Positions 41,880-53,705 of a stretch of DNA of 64,000 nucleotides are shown in pieces. Every line of letters begins with the position of its first letter. The first letter of the stretch is position 1. This DNA comes from Bradymonadia bacterium. GTDB taxonomy: Bacteria; Myxococcota_A; Bradymonadia; UBA7976; UBA1532. The stretch lies in NCBI GenBank assembly GCA_046290225.1, contig JBKAGE010000078.1:288001-352000 (forward strand), written 5' to 3'. The notes beneath the pieces are model-generated. The model was given only the letters and a program-made list of their open reading frames with translations. It ran no database searches and was not told the origin of the DNA. The translations under genes were made by a program, and so were the position numbers.

Positions 41880-42335
41880 TCACAGTTCGAACTCGTTCGG
41901 GGGGATGCCGAGGGTCTTGCACACGTCACGCACCACGGCCTTCTCGTCATCGTCGAAGTCGCCATCGGCGCCACCGATGATGATGCCCACCTGCACCACG
42001 GCACGGGCCTGGTCCGCCTTGCGCTTCAGCTTGCCGATGACCTGCAGGGCCTCGATCTTGCCGAAGTCGAAGTCGGTCTCGAGCTTGTTGCACCAGTGAT
42101 CGAACTTGGTCTTGAGCTCCATCACGTCGAAGACCGAGAGCACGTCGCTGGTGCTGATGAACTTCGCGGTCTTGCTGCGCTCCTCGGGATCGATGCTGCC
42201 GTCGGCGGCGGCGATCAGGGCACACATGGCCATGGAGCCCTCGGCGAAGTCGTTGCTCTTGAACTTGCCGATCTTGGTCTTGAGGCCGTCGCTCATGCCG
42301 CCGGCCTTGGCCTTCAGGTTGTCCCAGAAACCCAT
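41880..42335 (-). CDS. terB: Tellurite resistance TerB family protein
   Basis: MAMCALIAAADGSIDPEE..IIIGGADGDFDDDEKAVVR. Confidence 0.88.
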   Translation of the reverse strand: MGFWDNLKAKAGGMSDGLKTKIGKFKSNDFAEGSMAMCALIAAADGSIDPEERSKTAKFISTSDVLSVFDVMELKTKFDHWCNKLETDFDFGKIEALQVIGKLKRKADQARAVVQVGIIIGGADGDFDDDEKAVVRDVCKTLGIPPNEFEL

Positions 42336-42429
42336 CAGAATCCTCCTGAACCTCTAAAGCTCGCCCCCCCTCGATGGGAGGCTCGTCGGTACCGTAGTGC
42401 AAAGCCCCTCAGGGGGAAAGGTTCTCCCC

Positions 42430-43794
42430 TCATGGTGCGTCCGCCGCGGGCAGGATTACGCTGGCCACAGTCCCCCCCTCATCGTCGACCCGGTCCAAGC
42501 TCAACCGGCCCCCGTGGCGCTCTGCTACCTCGAGGGCGATGGCGAGGCCGAGGCCCTGCCCACGGCGACCCCGGTCTCCCGTGAGGGCCCCACGACTGCC
42601 CCGGTAACGCCGCTCTGCAAGCCTGGGGAGCTCCTCGACGTCGAAGCCAGGGCCATCGTCGAAGACCTGCAGCCAGATCTCGTCTCCCCGCCGAAAGCCC
42701 GCCACGGTCACCGCCTGCTCGCCGAACTTGATGCCGTTGTGCACGAGGTTGCCCAGGGCCTGGGCGAGGGCGACCGGATCAGCCCGCACCGGGAGCGGCC
42801 CCTCTGGGAGAGAGGACTCCACCACCATGTCTTTGTCTCCTGCGATCACCCCGAAACGCAGCGCCACCTGTTCGATCACATCGCCGGCATTGAGTGTGGT
42901 GGCGCGAATGTCGAGGCCCGTGGCTTCGAACTGCAACATCGAGGCGAGGTTCTGGAACATGGCGTCGAGATGCTCGACCTCTGCGCGGAGTGCGTTTCGG
43001 TGTGCCTCGCTGCCTGACTGGTGGCCCAGGCCCAACTTCAGCGTGGCCAGGGGCGTACGGACATCGTGGGCGAGATCTGCGAGCGTCTCGGTAAGGACCT
43101 GATCTCGACGCTGGAGCGTGGACAGTCGATCTCTCGCGGCGGCCGTGGCCTGGTTGAAGGCCTGCCCCAGGTCTCCCAGCTCGTCAGACCCTTCGGGCAG
43201 CAGGCCGGCGAAGTCGGCCTTCACGGTGTCCCGGGCGGCCCTGGCCATTCTCTTGATGCGGCGGGTGAGGGGCAGCCCGATGGCCAGGGAGAGGATGGCG
43301 ATGAGGATCGCATCCACGGCCAGCCGACTCACCAGGAGTCGGGTAAACTTCGGAAACTTCCACAGGTCTTCGTAGGCAGGGAGCACGGCGAAGCGGTGAC
43401 AAGCGCCAGAGCGACTGGTGACATAGATGGCACCGCGGACATGCTTGGGCAGGCCACGGGCCACGAGACCTCTCACCTCCGTCTGAGGCAGGCTGACCGG
43501 CTCAGTGAATGGTCCGCCCTGGTCATACAAATGACCATTGGGGTCGATGGGATAGGCTCTGATGCCTGCTGGCGCCCGCCAACGCGCCGGATCAGCATCA
43601 CAGGCGTCCAGACTCCCCAACTCCTCGAGAGTATCGAAGTAGAGGCGGGCCGCCTCCGCACGGCCCACCCAGAAGGCCTCCCAGCCCCAATAGAGCAAGG
43701 CCACCCCTTGCATCAGCACCGCGAAGAGCACCACGAGGCCGATCTTGGCCACCATGCTCCTGGGCATCTTGAGCTTCAGATCAGGCCTGACCAT
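42430..43794 (-). CDS. HAMP sensor histidine kinase
   Basis: Two TM helices; DELGDL, AHDVRTPL, NLVHNGIKF, DDGPG and GQGLGLAI. Confidence 0.93.
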   Translation of the reverse strand: MVRPDLKLKMPRSMVAKIGLVVLFAVLMQGVALLYWGWEAFWVGRAEAARLYFDTLEELGSLDACDADPARWRAPAGIRAYPIDPNGHLYDQGGPFTEPVSLPQTEVRGLVARGLPKHVRGAIYVTSRSGACHRFAVLPAYEDLWKFPKFTRLLVSRLAVDAILIAILSLAIGLPLTRRIKRMARAARDTVKADFAGLLPEGSDELGDLGQAFNQATAAARDRLSTLQRRDQVLTETLADLAHDVRTPLATLKLGLGHQSGSEAHRNALRAEVEHLDAMFQNLASMLQFEATGLDIRATTLNAGDVIEQVALRFGVIAGDKDMVVESSLPEGPLPVRADPVALAQALGNLVHNGIKFGEQAVTVAGFRRGDEIWLQVFDDGPGFDVEELPRLAERRYRGSRGALTGDRGRRGQGLGLAIALEVAERHGGRLSLDRVDDEGGTVASVILPAADAP

Positions 43795-44479
43795 CGAGCT
43801 GCCCCGTGAACCGGTAGCCCATCCCTCGCAAGGTCGCGATGACCTGGCCATCAGCCCCGAGCTTTCGCCTCAGCCGGGACATGTGCGCCTGGAGCGCCTC
43901 GAAGGCGGAGTCTTCTCCGGGGATGACCGCGTCGATGAGGTGCTCCCGCAGCACTACGCGCCCCGGCCTGCGGACCAGATAGGCCAGGATGCCGAACTCC
44001 GTGGGGGTGAGGTGGGTCTCTCGGCCGTTGACACGGACCGCCTGAGCGCCCATGTCCACTTCCACCGCTCCGAAACGCAGACACTCTGGCGTGGTGGGAC
44101 TCAGCGCCCCTCGGCGCAACACCGCTCTGATCCGGGCGCAGAGTTCTTCGATCCAGAAGGGCTTGGTGAGGTAGTCGTCAGCGCCGAGATCCAGAGCCCT
44201 CACCTTGTCTTGTCCGAGCAGGCGGGCGGTGAGCACGATGACCGGGATCACCGTGGTCTGCCGCAACTGCTTGAGCACGTCGTAGCCCGAGCCGTCGGGC
44301 AACATGAGATCGAGCAGGATCAGATCCGGGTCGTGCACCTTGACGGCTTCGAGGCCCTCGGCAGCGGTGGGGGCCCACTGCGCTGGGTAGCCCGCCTCGG
44401 CGAGACCAGGGAGCATCTGTCTCGCGAGGCGCTCATCGTCTTCGATGAGCACGAGGCGGGCGTGTGTGGTGACTCTCAT
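43781..44479 (-). CDS. OmpR-family response regulator
   Basis: IEDD, LLDLMLPD, GADDYLTKPF, LTPTEF and TLRGMGYRF. Confidence 0.95.
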   Translation of the reverse strand: MRVTTHARLVLIEDDERLARQMLPGLAEAGYPAQWAPTAAEGLEAVKVHDPDLILLDLMLPDGSGYDVLKQLRQTTVIPVIVLTARLLGQDKVRALDLGADDYLTKPFWIEELCARIRAVLRRGALSPTTPECLRFGAVEVDMGAQAVRVNGRETHLTPTEFGILAYLVRRPGRVVLREHLIDAVIPGEDSAFEALQAHMSRLRRKLGADGQVIATLRGMGYRFTGQLDGQA

Positions 44480-44585
44480 GACGTGACTTTCATGACACAA
44501 GTGACCTCAAAGACACGGTGGCTGGGTCTCAGCATGAAGGTGTAGGGTGTGAGCTACAAGGTGAGTCAGGCCCCAGCACAGCCCT

Positions 44586-44607
44586 TCGTCAGATGGTCGT
44601 CAGGTTC
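44586..44607 (+). promoter_or_regulatory. Possible OmpR/PhoB-type direct-repeat site
   Basis: TCGTCAG repeated with 11-bp spacing (44586, 44597) in the divergent promoter region. Confidence 0.4.
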
Positions 44608-44710
44608 GGGGGTTAACTTGACCTTCCCACCTCGTTGACCGTGTCATTCACGGGGTGAGCATCACTGGAGTGGCCCCTGGGCTGGGGGCTCTTGCCGGGA
44701 GATAGACATC

Positions 44711-46312
44711 ATGCGCAACACCGTCCGCGGTGCTCCGAGGCCTCGCCCTCGAAGAGTCCGCTCGTCGATGGTTCGAGGAAGCCTGGCCATCGGGGCTCTT
44801 GTTCTGGGGCTCCCTCTGGTGGGCCACAGTCGCCCTTCTGCCCCAAAGGCATTCTGCGATCTCTACACCGAAGCGCCGAAGTGCCAGACGGGTGGCGTGC
44901 AGTGCGAGGTCTGTCACACGACACCTCCAGCACGGAACCTCTATGGCGACGCCGTAGAGAAATCCATGGCCGACATCGATCTGCCCCGGCCCCTCGGCGA
45001 GCCGGAGTTCCTCATGGCGCTCCCCGAGTCTCTGCGGGCCATCGAGATGGATGACGCTGACGGCGACGGGGTGAGCAACCACGAGGAGATCCTCGCCGGC
45101 TCGTGGCCTGCTGACGCCACGAGCATGCCGGACTATGCCGCGTGTGACGAGACCACCGCCGCCCGGGCCTCTCGCTCGGACAACGGCTGGAACGTCTGCG
45201 ACTTCGATCCAGCCTATGTCTACAAGAAGGTGGCCCTGGACTTCTGTGGCCGCTCCCCGAGCCTCGAGGCTCAAGAGGACTTCGCCGAGCTCGTCGCCGA
45301 GGGTGGTGACTGGGCCTCCGTGCTGCACAGTCAGCTCGACGAGTGCCTCAAGAGCCAGTTCTGGCTGGGCAAGGACGGCGCGCTCTGGGCCCTGGCCAAC
45401 GACAAAATCGGCCCCACCCAGGCGGTGAAGAGTGGCGAAGACGCCGGCGACATCCCTCTGGGCGACTACTACGACGACTACCAGCTCTGGGCCTACACTC
45501 AGAGCGGAGATCGCGACGCCCGGGAGGTACTCACGGCGCAGTACTTCGTCACCCAGGATCGTGAAGATCCCACCGAGTTTTCCACCTTCACCTTCGCCCC
45601 CACCCGGGACTTCGCCCGTCGCGGCTTCGACGGGGTGCAGCTGGTGCACCCGGATCACCGGGCGGGCATGCTGACCACGCGGTGGTTCCTGGTGTCCAAC
45701 ACCATGTTCACCAGTGTGCCCCGCACCTCGGCGGCGGTGGCCTACAAGGCGTTCCTCGGCTACGACATCGCCCGGATGGAGGGCCTGGACAGCGTGCCGG
45801 GCGAGCCGAAGGACTACGACGACAAGGGCGTGCAGCGGGCAGACTGCGCGGTGTGTCACGCCACCCTCGACCCCCTCACCTACCCCTTCGCCTCGTACGA
45901 GGGCCTCGGCGGCGGTGAGGGCGGCGACGCGCTGGTCGACATCGGCGGCGGCGCCGATTTGGTGAACAGCGACGGCACCTTCAACCTGCCCGTGGCCACC
46001 TACAACCCCGATCGGCTCGAGCGGTTCCCCACCATCGATGGCGAGCGTGTGGTCGACACCCCAGAGGCGGGTGTGCTCTTCGGCCAGCCCGTGGCCAATT
46101 TGCAAGAGTGGGCCCAGGTGGCCGCCAACAGCGACGCCTTCGCCCGCACCACGGTGAAAGACTACTGGACCTTGCTCAACGGCATCCCCCCTCAGCCCGC
46201 TCAGGCAGCGGAGTTCGAGGCCCTCTGGCGGGCCTTCCGGGGAGAGCACGCATACCGTGTGGAGCGCATGCTGCACGCCCTCATCATGACGGAGGCCTAC
46301 GGTGTACCGTGA
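44711..46312 (+). CDS. Exported protein with two CxxCH motifs (putative c-type cytochrome, DUF1585/1588-like partner)
   Basis: CEVCH and CAVCH..LDPL; DDADGDGVSNHEE Ca-binding-like motif; RAGMLTT. Start may be 44768. Confidence 0.7.
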   Translation: MRNTVRGAPRPRPRRVRSSMVRGSLAIGALVLGLPLVGHSRPSAPKAFCDLYTEAPKCQTGGVQCEVCHTTPPARNLYGDAVEKSMADIDLPRPLGEPEFLMALPESLRAIEMDDADGDGVSNHEEILAGSWPADATSMPDYAACDETTAARASRSDNGWNVCDFDPAYVYKKVALDFCGRSPSLEAQEDFAELVAEGGDWASVLHSQLDECLKSQFWLGKDGALWALANDKIGPTQAVKSGEDAGDIPLGDYYDDYQLWAYTQSGDRDAREVLTAQYFVTQDREDPTEFSTFTFAPTRDFARRGFDGVQLVHPDHRAGMLTTRWFLVSNTMFTSVPRTSAAVAYKAFLGYDIARMEGLDSVPGEPKDYDDKGVQRADCAVCHATLDPLTYPFASYEGLGGGEGGDALVDIGGGADLVNSDGTFNLPVATYNPDRLERFPTIDGERVVDTPEAGVLFGQPVANLQEWAQVAANSDAFARTTVKDYWTLLNGIPPQPAQAAEFEALWRAFRGEHAYRVERMLHALIMTEAYGVP

Positions 46313-47039
46313 TCGACGTACGAATCGGTGGTCGCTTGTGGTGACCGCAGCAGCGGCCCTGACCTTCTGGGGCTGTGGTGAAGACAGCAAGAGTGCCGAC
46401 ACCGGCGGCGAAGCCGGAGCCGGCGGTAGCGCGGGTGCTGGCGGAGTGGCAGGAGCAGGAGGCGCCGGCGGTACAGGCGGCGAAGCTGGCGCGGGTGGCA
46501 TGGCGCAGGTGGATCCCAACGCCCCCGTGGCAGAAAGCCTCAAGGGTCAGACGCGGTTCAAGGGCGGCAAGCGCCTCGCCAACGATCTCGCCGACAGCCT
46601 CTCGATCCCCCGCGAGGCGCTGTGCAAGGAGCTTGGGCGCTTCGACTGCGTCGATCAGGTGCACACCATTGTGCTCGGTGGCGTGGAGCCCTACCGCATC
46701 GGCATCCGCAACCCGCTCCCCGTGGCGCCGGCCACGGCCCCCATGGCCGCGGATCGGCTCACCCTCACCGCCTGCACCGAGCGGGTGAAGCGAGACAAGG
46801 CCGATCTGGCCAACGGGGTGCTTGCCACCGAGATCCCGGAGACCCCCGACGCCTCATGGCTCGAGGATCGCTCCACGGTGATGGTGGAGAAGCTGCTCCG
46901 CAGGCGCGCCCTGCCGGAGGAGATCACCGCCCTGGTGGATCTGCATGGTGAGCTGGCCGCAGAAGGTGGCTCCACCGAAGACTGGCTGGTCCTCGGCTGC
47001 TTCACCGTGGCCAGCAGCCTCGAATCACTCTTTTACTGA
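46302..47039 (+). CDS. Hypothetical lipoprotein
   Basis: Lipobox FWGC; Gly/Ala linker; overlaps the upstream stop. Confidence 0.75.
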   Translation: MYRDRRTNRWSLVVTAAAALTFWGCGEDSKSADTGGEAGAGGSAGAGGVAGAGGAGGTGGEAGAGGMAQVDPNAPVAESLKGQTRFKGGKRLANDLADSLSIPREALCKELGRFDCVDQVHTIVLGGVEPYRIGIRNPLPVAPATAPMAADRLTLTACTERVKRDKADLANGVLATEIPETPDASWLEDRSTVMVEKLLRRRALPEEITALVDLHGELAAEGGSTEDWLVLGCFTVASSLESLFY

Positions 47040-47054
47040 GATCTGGAGTCCACC

Positions 47055-48626
<1,572 letters not shown>

Positions 48627-48639
48627 TAGCGTCCGGGTC

Positions 48640-50328
48640 ATGAACGAGACCCGGCACCGCCTCACCCGCCGGGGGCTGCTCCAGCGCGCGCTGGTCATGG
48701 CCCCCAGCACCTTGATCCTCCCTTCAGTGCTTCTCAGCGATCCGCGCACCGCCGCAGGGCAGGAGATGCTCCGCCGCGATCGGCTCGCCCTGCTCTACAG
48801 CAACCAGGTCATCTTCGATCGCGCAGGGCAGCCCCTCGTGAGCGTACGGGTGATGGAGCAGCGCGAGCCCATCACCTTTTCGGGTCCTGGCCGCCTCACC
48901 CTGCTGCCTGGTGCTGACTCCGGCTCCCGGGTGAAGTCACCGCCCAAAGCCCGCTGGACCGTACGTGTCGAAGAGGCGGAGGCTGGAGAAGCCCAGCACT
49001 GGGTCGTTGTGGAGCGGTTCCCCGCAGGGCAGATGAGCGCTGCTCTGGGCAGCCGTCAGATCTGGGCTGACAAGGGCCACGAGGTGCGCATCCTCGAATC
49101 CGGGGCGCTGTTGGGCCTCGCCGGGCGCACCCTGGACACCCGGGCCTTCAATGTGGTCATCGACCCGCAGCCCACCGAGGGGGAGGCACAGGCCCTCGCC
49201 GATCGGCTCATGGCCCAGGGACCCGTCGTCGGCGAGGTCATGTCCGAGTCGGCGCCGGGCAAACGCCCCACGGGCTGGATCGTGGCCCGCGAGGCTCGCT
49301 CTGGAGTCGAGATCAGGGCTCGAGATCTGCTGTGGATCACCCCGGAGGCGGGGCGCACCGTCGACCTCAAGGCTGTGCCCACCAAGCGCGGCCCGAAAGA
49401 TCGCAGCTACGAGGGCGATGTCTATTTCGCCGTGGGTCGAGGTGGTCTGCTCTCGGCGGTGAACCTGCTCCGGGCAGAGCGCATGCTCGAGGGGGTGGTG
49501 CCCTCAGAGCTCTACCCCGCCGCCCCTCTCGAAGCGCTCAAAGCCCAGGCCATCGCCGCCCGTGGGCAGCTGCTCGCCAAAGTGGGCACGCGCCATCGTG
49601 CAGATCCATACTTGCTGTGCTCCGAGACCCACTGTCAGGTCTACGGGGGTCACGATCAGCACCACAAGCGCACCACTGAGGCCGTTCAGAGCACCCAGGG
49701 CGAACTGCTCTTCGACAAGACCGGTCTCGTGGACACAGTGTACTGCTCGAGTTCCGGGGGCCACACCGAGGCATTCCACAACATCTGGGGTGGCCAGCCC
49801 AAAGCGGCCCTCATGGGGATCCTCGACGCCCCGGGCACCCACAGTCCCCTCCCCACCGAGGACGTGGCCACGTGGCTCAAGAACCCGCCCAAAGGGGCCT
49901 GGGATGCCGCCACGAAGGCCGGCACCCGCGTCTTTCGCTGGGAGGCCACCCGCACCGGCGAGCAGGTGACCCGGGCGGTGAACGCCCTCGCCAACGTGGG
50001 GCCGGTCATCGACATCAAACCTCTACGCCGCGGCGTGAGTGGCCGGGTGCTCGCCATCGAGTACATCGGCGCCAAGGGCCGCCACATCGTCGAAGGCGAA
50101 TACCCCAACCGACTCGTCCTCGGTCGGCTGCGCAGCGGCATGTGGGTGATGCGTCGAGAGGGCGCCCAGGGCCGTCAGCCCAGTCGCTACGTCTTCAACG
50201 GAGGCGGCTTCGGCCATGGTGTGGGCATGAGCCAGCATGGAGCCATGGGCATGGCCAAACAGGGCAAGACCTACCGGGACATTCTGGCCCACTACTACGT
50301 GGGCAGCCACATCGAGAAGGCCTGGTAA
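48640..50328 (+). CDS. SpoIID/LytB lytic transglycosylase (Tat signal)
   Basis: TRRGLL; GVVPSE..LEALKAQAIAAR, CQVY.G and GGGFGHGVGMSQ.GA. Confidence 0.92.
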   Translation: MNETRHRLTRRGLLQRALVMAPSTLILPSVLLSDPRTAAGQEMLRRDRLALLYSNQVIFDRAGQPLVSVRVMEQREPITFSGPGRLTLLPGADSGSRVKSPPKARWTVRVEEAEAGEAQHWVVVERFPAGQMSAALGSRQIWADKGHEVRILESGALLGLAGRTLDTRAFNVVIDPQPTEGEAQALADRLMAQGPVVGEVMSESAPGKRPTGWIVAREARSGVEIRARDLLWITPEAGRTVDLKAVPTKRGPKDRSYEGDVYFAVGRGGLLSAVNLLRAERMLEGVVPSELYPAAPLEALKAQAIAARGQLLAKVGTRHRADPYLLCSETHCQVYGGHDQHHKRTTEAVQSTQGELLFDKTGLVDTVYCSSSGGHTEAFHNIWGGQPKAALMGILDAPGTHSPLPTEDVATWLKNPPKGAWDAATKAGTRVFRWEATRTGEQVTRAVNALANVGPVIDIKPLRRGVSGRVLAIEYIGAKGRHIVEGEYPNRLVLGRLRSGMWVMRREGAQGRQPSRYVFNGGGFGHGVGMSQHGAMGMAKQGKTYRDILAHYYVGSHIEKAW

Positions 50329-50330
50329 CC

Positions 50331-52553
50331 TCAGCGCTTCCAGGGGGGCGGTCGCCGACGCTTGGCCCCACGCTTCGGCGCTCCTGGCGGCTTCGTTGCT
50401 CGGGACCAGCCCTGACCGATGGCGTACAGCTGATGATCGGCATAGCGCAGCAGCTGCTTGGCCATCTTCTCGTGTTGTGACCAGTCGAAGAGATTCACCC
50501 GCTCGCTCGGATCAGCCTTCAAATCGTACAGCTCGAAGGTGTTGCTGTTGATGCGATAGATGAGCTTCAGATCGCCCAACCGCAACCCCACCTGATGCCC
50601 AGTGTAGTTCTGATCGGGCAGCACCTCGAACCACACAGGTGCCACGGGTGCAGCCTCCCCCGTGAGGATCTCCTCGGCTCGGGTACGGCCGAGGAAGTCC
50701 TGGGGGATCTTCATCCCCATCAAGTCGAGGATCGTCGGCGCCACCTCGATGTGGCCAATGGGGGTGGTGAGGGTACGCTGGGGCACCCCGGGCACCTTCA
50801 TGATCAACGGCACATGCACCATCTCTTCATAGAGCGTGGAGCCGTGGAATCGGTGGCCGTGCTCGAGGAACTCGTCGCCGTGATCTGCGGTGATCACCAG
50901 CAGCGTGTTGTCGTAGAGGCCCCGAGCCTTCAGCTCTTTGATCAGGCGCCCCAGCTCGTCGTCGACGTAGCGACAGATCGCGCGATAGCGGGCCTCGTCC
51001 GAACTGTCCTCTGCGGGGAAGTTCGGCACCTCGAAGTAGGGATCGTGGGGATCGTAGTAGTGAGCCCACAGATAGAACCGATCCGCGGGGTTGCGCACCT
51101 TCTTGGCCTGCCAGCGCTCGAGGTGCTTGAGCACGCCGTCGGTGAGGTGGGTCGACCCCGGGGTGGCGCCGTGGGTGGTGAACTTGCTGGTGTTGTAGTC
51201 GGCGACGTCGATCGCCTGCCGCAGGTTGCGTACGAAGAAGACCGTGACGTTGGCGAAGAGCGCGGTGTGCCAGCCTCCGGCTCGAAGCTCCTCGGTGAGC
51301 AGGCGCTCCTGGTTGATGGGCGTCTGATCGCCGCCCATCTGGATGCGAGATGGCATGTTCGAGGTCATGAGGGCGGCGACGGACCAGTAGGTCGACGCCC
51401 CAGCGCTGTATGCGTCGGTGTAGTGCACCGCCTCGCCCTCGGCGAGGGCCTTCAGGTTGGGCATCTCGGTGTCGATCATGTCGGCCCGGAGCGCGTCGAT
51501 GGTGAGGATCAGCACGTTCCAGTTCTGCCGAGGCCGCACGGGCGCCACCCGCGGCGACTCCAACAACGGATCCTCCGCGAGCACCAGATCTGCCCCAGTG
51601 CAGTTTTGATCGATGCCGTCTCCAGGCACGTCGTACACCCCGGTCCTCACCTTGGGATCCGCGTCATTGCAGTCTCCGCCGGCGAAGGCCTGGGACACCC
51701 CATCACCGTCGCCGTCGTACATCTTGCGCAGGCGACGGGTCATCGGCCCCGTGAGCAACGTGTCTCGCTCTACAGCGAGCGCTCTACCCGGCACATCGCC
51801 GAGGGCCCCCGCGGCCCAGAGCATGCAGGCGATCATGATCAATGGGGTGGTGACGGCCACTGCGAAAGCGGGCTTGCCCACCTCGGGGCGCCAGCGCACC
51901 AGGCCATGGGCGGCGAAGAGCAGGCCGATCCACAACAGGGCCATTCTCGCCGGGCGCATGTCGACGGTGTGCAGCTGCTTGATCAACACAGGGGCCAGGA
52001 AGGCACCGAGCACCACGCATGTGGATACCCAGATCGCCGCCCCCTTGAGGGTGGTGGGGTCCACAGCACGGGGCAGCTTGGGGCTGAGCCAGCGCACCAA
52101 ACGGGTCAACGCCCCGACAATGGGCCCAGCCAGGGCTGCGAGGACACAGACGACCACGGCGGCGGTGAGGCCCGAGGCGAGGCCCTGGTAGAAGTGCCGT
52201 TTGAAAGACTTCACCCACGTCACGGTGAAGACCTGCACCACCATGATGAGCACCGTGAGCGCCAGCACCGCGAAGATGACCCAGGCCACCTTCCGTGCCG
52301 GGCTCGAGGCCGGGCGCCCTGCCCCACCCCAGCGCCACCCGAAGGCGATGCCGCGCCAGGACAGGCTGCTCACGAGGCCCAGGCCCCACAGCGGCAAACC
52401 CAAGATCCCGAGAATGGTGGCGCAGAGGGTCAGGCTGCCCCCGAAGCCGCCCAGCTCGGTGGCGCTGGTCATGAGAGTGCGGATCCACTCCACGAGGACC
52501 AGAGCCAGGGCGGCGAGGGCCGGGGGGAGAGAGATGTGGCTCACAGCGCGCAT
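50331..52553 (-). CDS. Membrane-anchored sulfatase/alkaline-phosphatase superfamily protein with Asp/Cys metal-binding repeat
   Basis: N-terminal TM helices; DGDGDG..GDCND..GDGIDQNC; TIDALRAD, HYYDPHDPY and TADHGDEF. Confidence 0.85.
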   Translation of the reverse strand: MRAVSHISLPPALAALALVLVEWIRTLMTSATELGGFGGSLTLCATILGILGLPLWGLGLVSSLSWRGIAFGWRWGGAGRPASSPARKVAWVIFAVLALTVLIMVVQVFTVTWVKSFKRHFYQGLASGLTAAVVVCVLAALAGPIVGALTRLVRWLSPKLPRAVDPTTLKGAAIWVSTCVVLGAFLAPVLIKQLHTVDMRPARMALLWIGLLFAAHGLVRWRPEVGKPAFAVAVTTPLIMIACMLWAAGALGDVPGRALAVERDTLLTGPMTRRLRKMYDGDGDGVSQAFAGGDCNDADPKVRTGVYDVPGDGIDQNCTGADLVLAEDPLLESPRVAPVRPRQNWNVLILTIDALRADMIDTEMPNLKALAEGEAVHYTDAYSAGASTYWSVAALMTSNMPSRIQMGGDQTPINQERLLTEELRAGGWHTALFANVTVFFVRNLRQAIDVADYNTSKFTTHGATPGSTHLTDGVLKHLERWQAKKVRNPADRFYLWAHYYDPHDPYFEVPNFPAEDSSDEARYRAICRYVDDELGRLIKELKARGLYDNTLLVITADHGDEFLEHGHRFHGSTLYEEMVHVPLIMKVPGVPQRTLTTPIGHIEVAPTILDLMGMKIPQDFLGRTRAEEILTGEAAPVAPVWFEVLPDQNYTGHQVGLRLGDLKLIYRINSNTFELYDLKADPSERVNLFDWSQHEKMAKQLLRYADHQLYAIGQGWSRATKPPGAPKRGAKRRRPPPWKR

Positions 52554-52720
52554 GCACGACTCCGTACCAGGGCAAAAAAGCACGGGACCATATCACGATC
52601 GATACACCTGGGCACGGCTGCGGATCTGCCACCCTCGGGGGGTGTCGTCGCAAACCTTTGCGCTCGGCGCCACGCCCCCTATCATGCGGCCCTCTCTGCC
52701 ACTTTGGAGTCAGCCGCACC

Positions 52721-53701
52721 ATGTCGTCTCCCGATCAGCCCTCTCCCTCAGCGGACAGCACCTCTCGAGAGCGGGGGCCGCGTCAGAGCCAGGCGGTCCT
52801 GGTCACCGGATGCAGCGGCGGCTTCGGGTTCCGCGCCGCCCGCAGCCTCGGCCGCGCCGGGCACCGGGTCATCGCCGGGCTCCGGGCCCCAGAAGGCTCG
52901 AACCGCCCACAGGCCACCGCCCTCACCGGCACCGCAGTCGCCGAGGGCTGGGAAGTCCTGTGCCTGCCCCTCGACGTGGACGACACCGCCTCTGTTGAAG
53001 GCGCAGTCGAAGAAGCCACCCGTTGGGCGGGCCCTCTCGACACGGTGGTGAACACCGCAGCCTACAGCGTGATGGGCCCCTTGGAGGCCTGTACACCGGA
53101 GCAACTGTTGAGCATGCTCAACACCAACGTGGTGGGGGCGCTGAGGTTGTTCCGTGCGGTGCTGCCGCAGATGCGGGGCGCCGGGGCTGGGCGCATCATT
53201 CAGCTCACCAGCGGCCTGGGCCGCGCCGCGGTGCCGTTCATGGGCATCTTTGCCGCAGGGGCCTGGGCTCAGGAGTGCTTCGCCGAGGTCCTCGCCTACG
53301 AGGCTGCGGCCTTTGGCGTCGATGTGGCGATCCTCGAGCCCGCGGGCTACTCCCACGCTGAAGGCTCACCGCCTGATGGCCTCACCGGAGAGCGCCGTGA
53401 GACCCGCCGGGGTGGCCCGCCGCTGAAGATGGTGGGCGACACAGATCGGCTGCCGGCCTATGAGCGACAGCTGGTGTCCTTCGCTGAGCACCTGCGACGC
53501 AACGACACTCCGGAGGGTGATCCCGAAGAGGTCGCCGAGGCGGTGGTCCGCGCCGTCGAGGCCCTGAACGTGCCCCTGCGCACCCCCGTGGGTACGGCGG
53601 CGAAGGCCCTCATCGATCTGCGCTCTGAGAAGCGGGGTGCGGATTACGAGCAGGCCATCACCGAGCTCACGGGGCTCGCCCGCTTCCGTCACCCCGAGTA
53701 G
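52721..53701 (+). CDS. SDR-family protein lacking the YxxxK motif
   Basis: VTGCSGGFG, LDV, VNTA and TNVVG present; FAAGA occupies the YxxxK position. Confidence 0.82.
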   Translation: MSSPDQPSPSADSTSRERGPRQSQAVLVTGCSGGFGFRAARSLGRAGHRVIAGLRAPEGSNRPQATALTGTAVAEGWEVLCLPLDVDDTASVEGAVEEATRWAGPLDTVVNTAAYSVMGPLEACTPEQLLSMLNTNVVGALRLFRAVLPQMRGAGAGRIIQLTSGLGRAAVPFMGIFAAGAWAQECFAEVLAYEAAAFGVDVAILEPAGYSHAEGSPPDGLTGERRETRRGGPPLKMVGDTDRLPAYERQLVSFAEHLRRNDTPEGDPEEVAEAVVRAVEALNVPLRTPVGTAAKALIDLRSEKRGADYEQAITELTGLARFRHPE

Positions 53702-53705
53702 GCCC

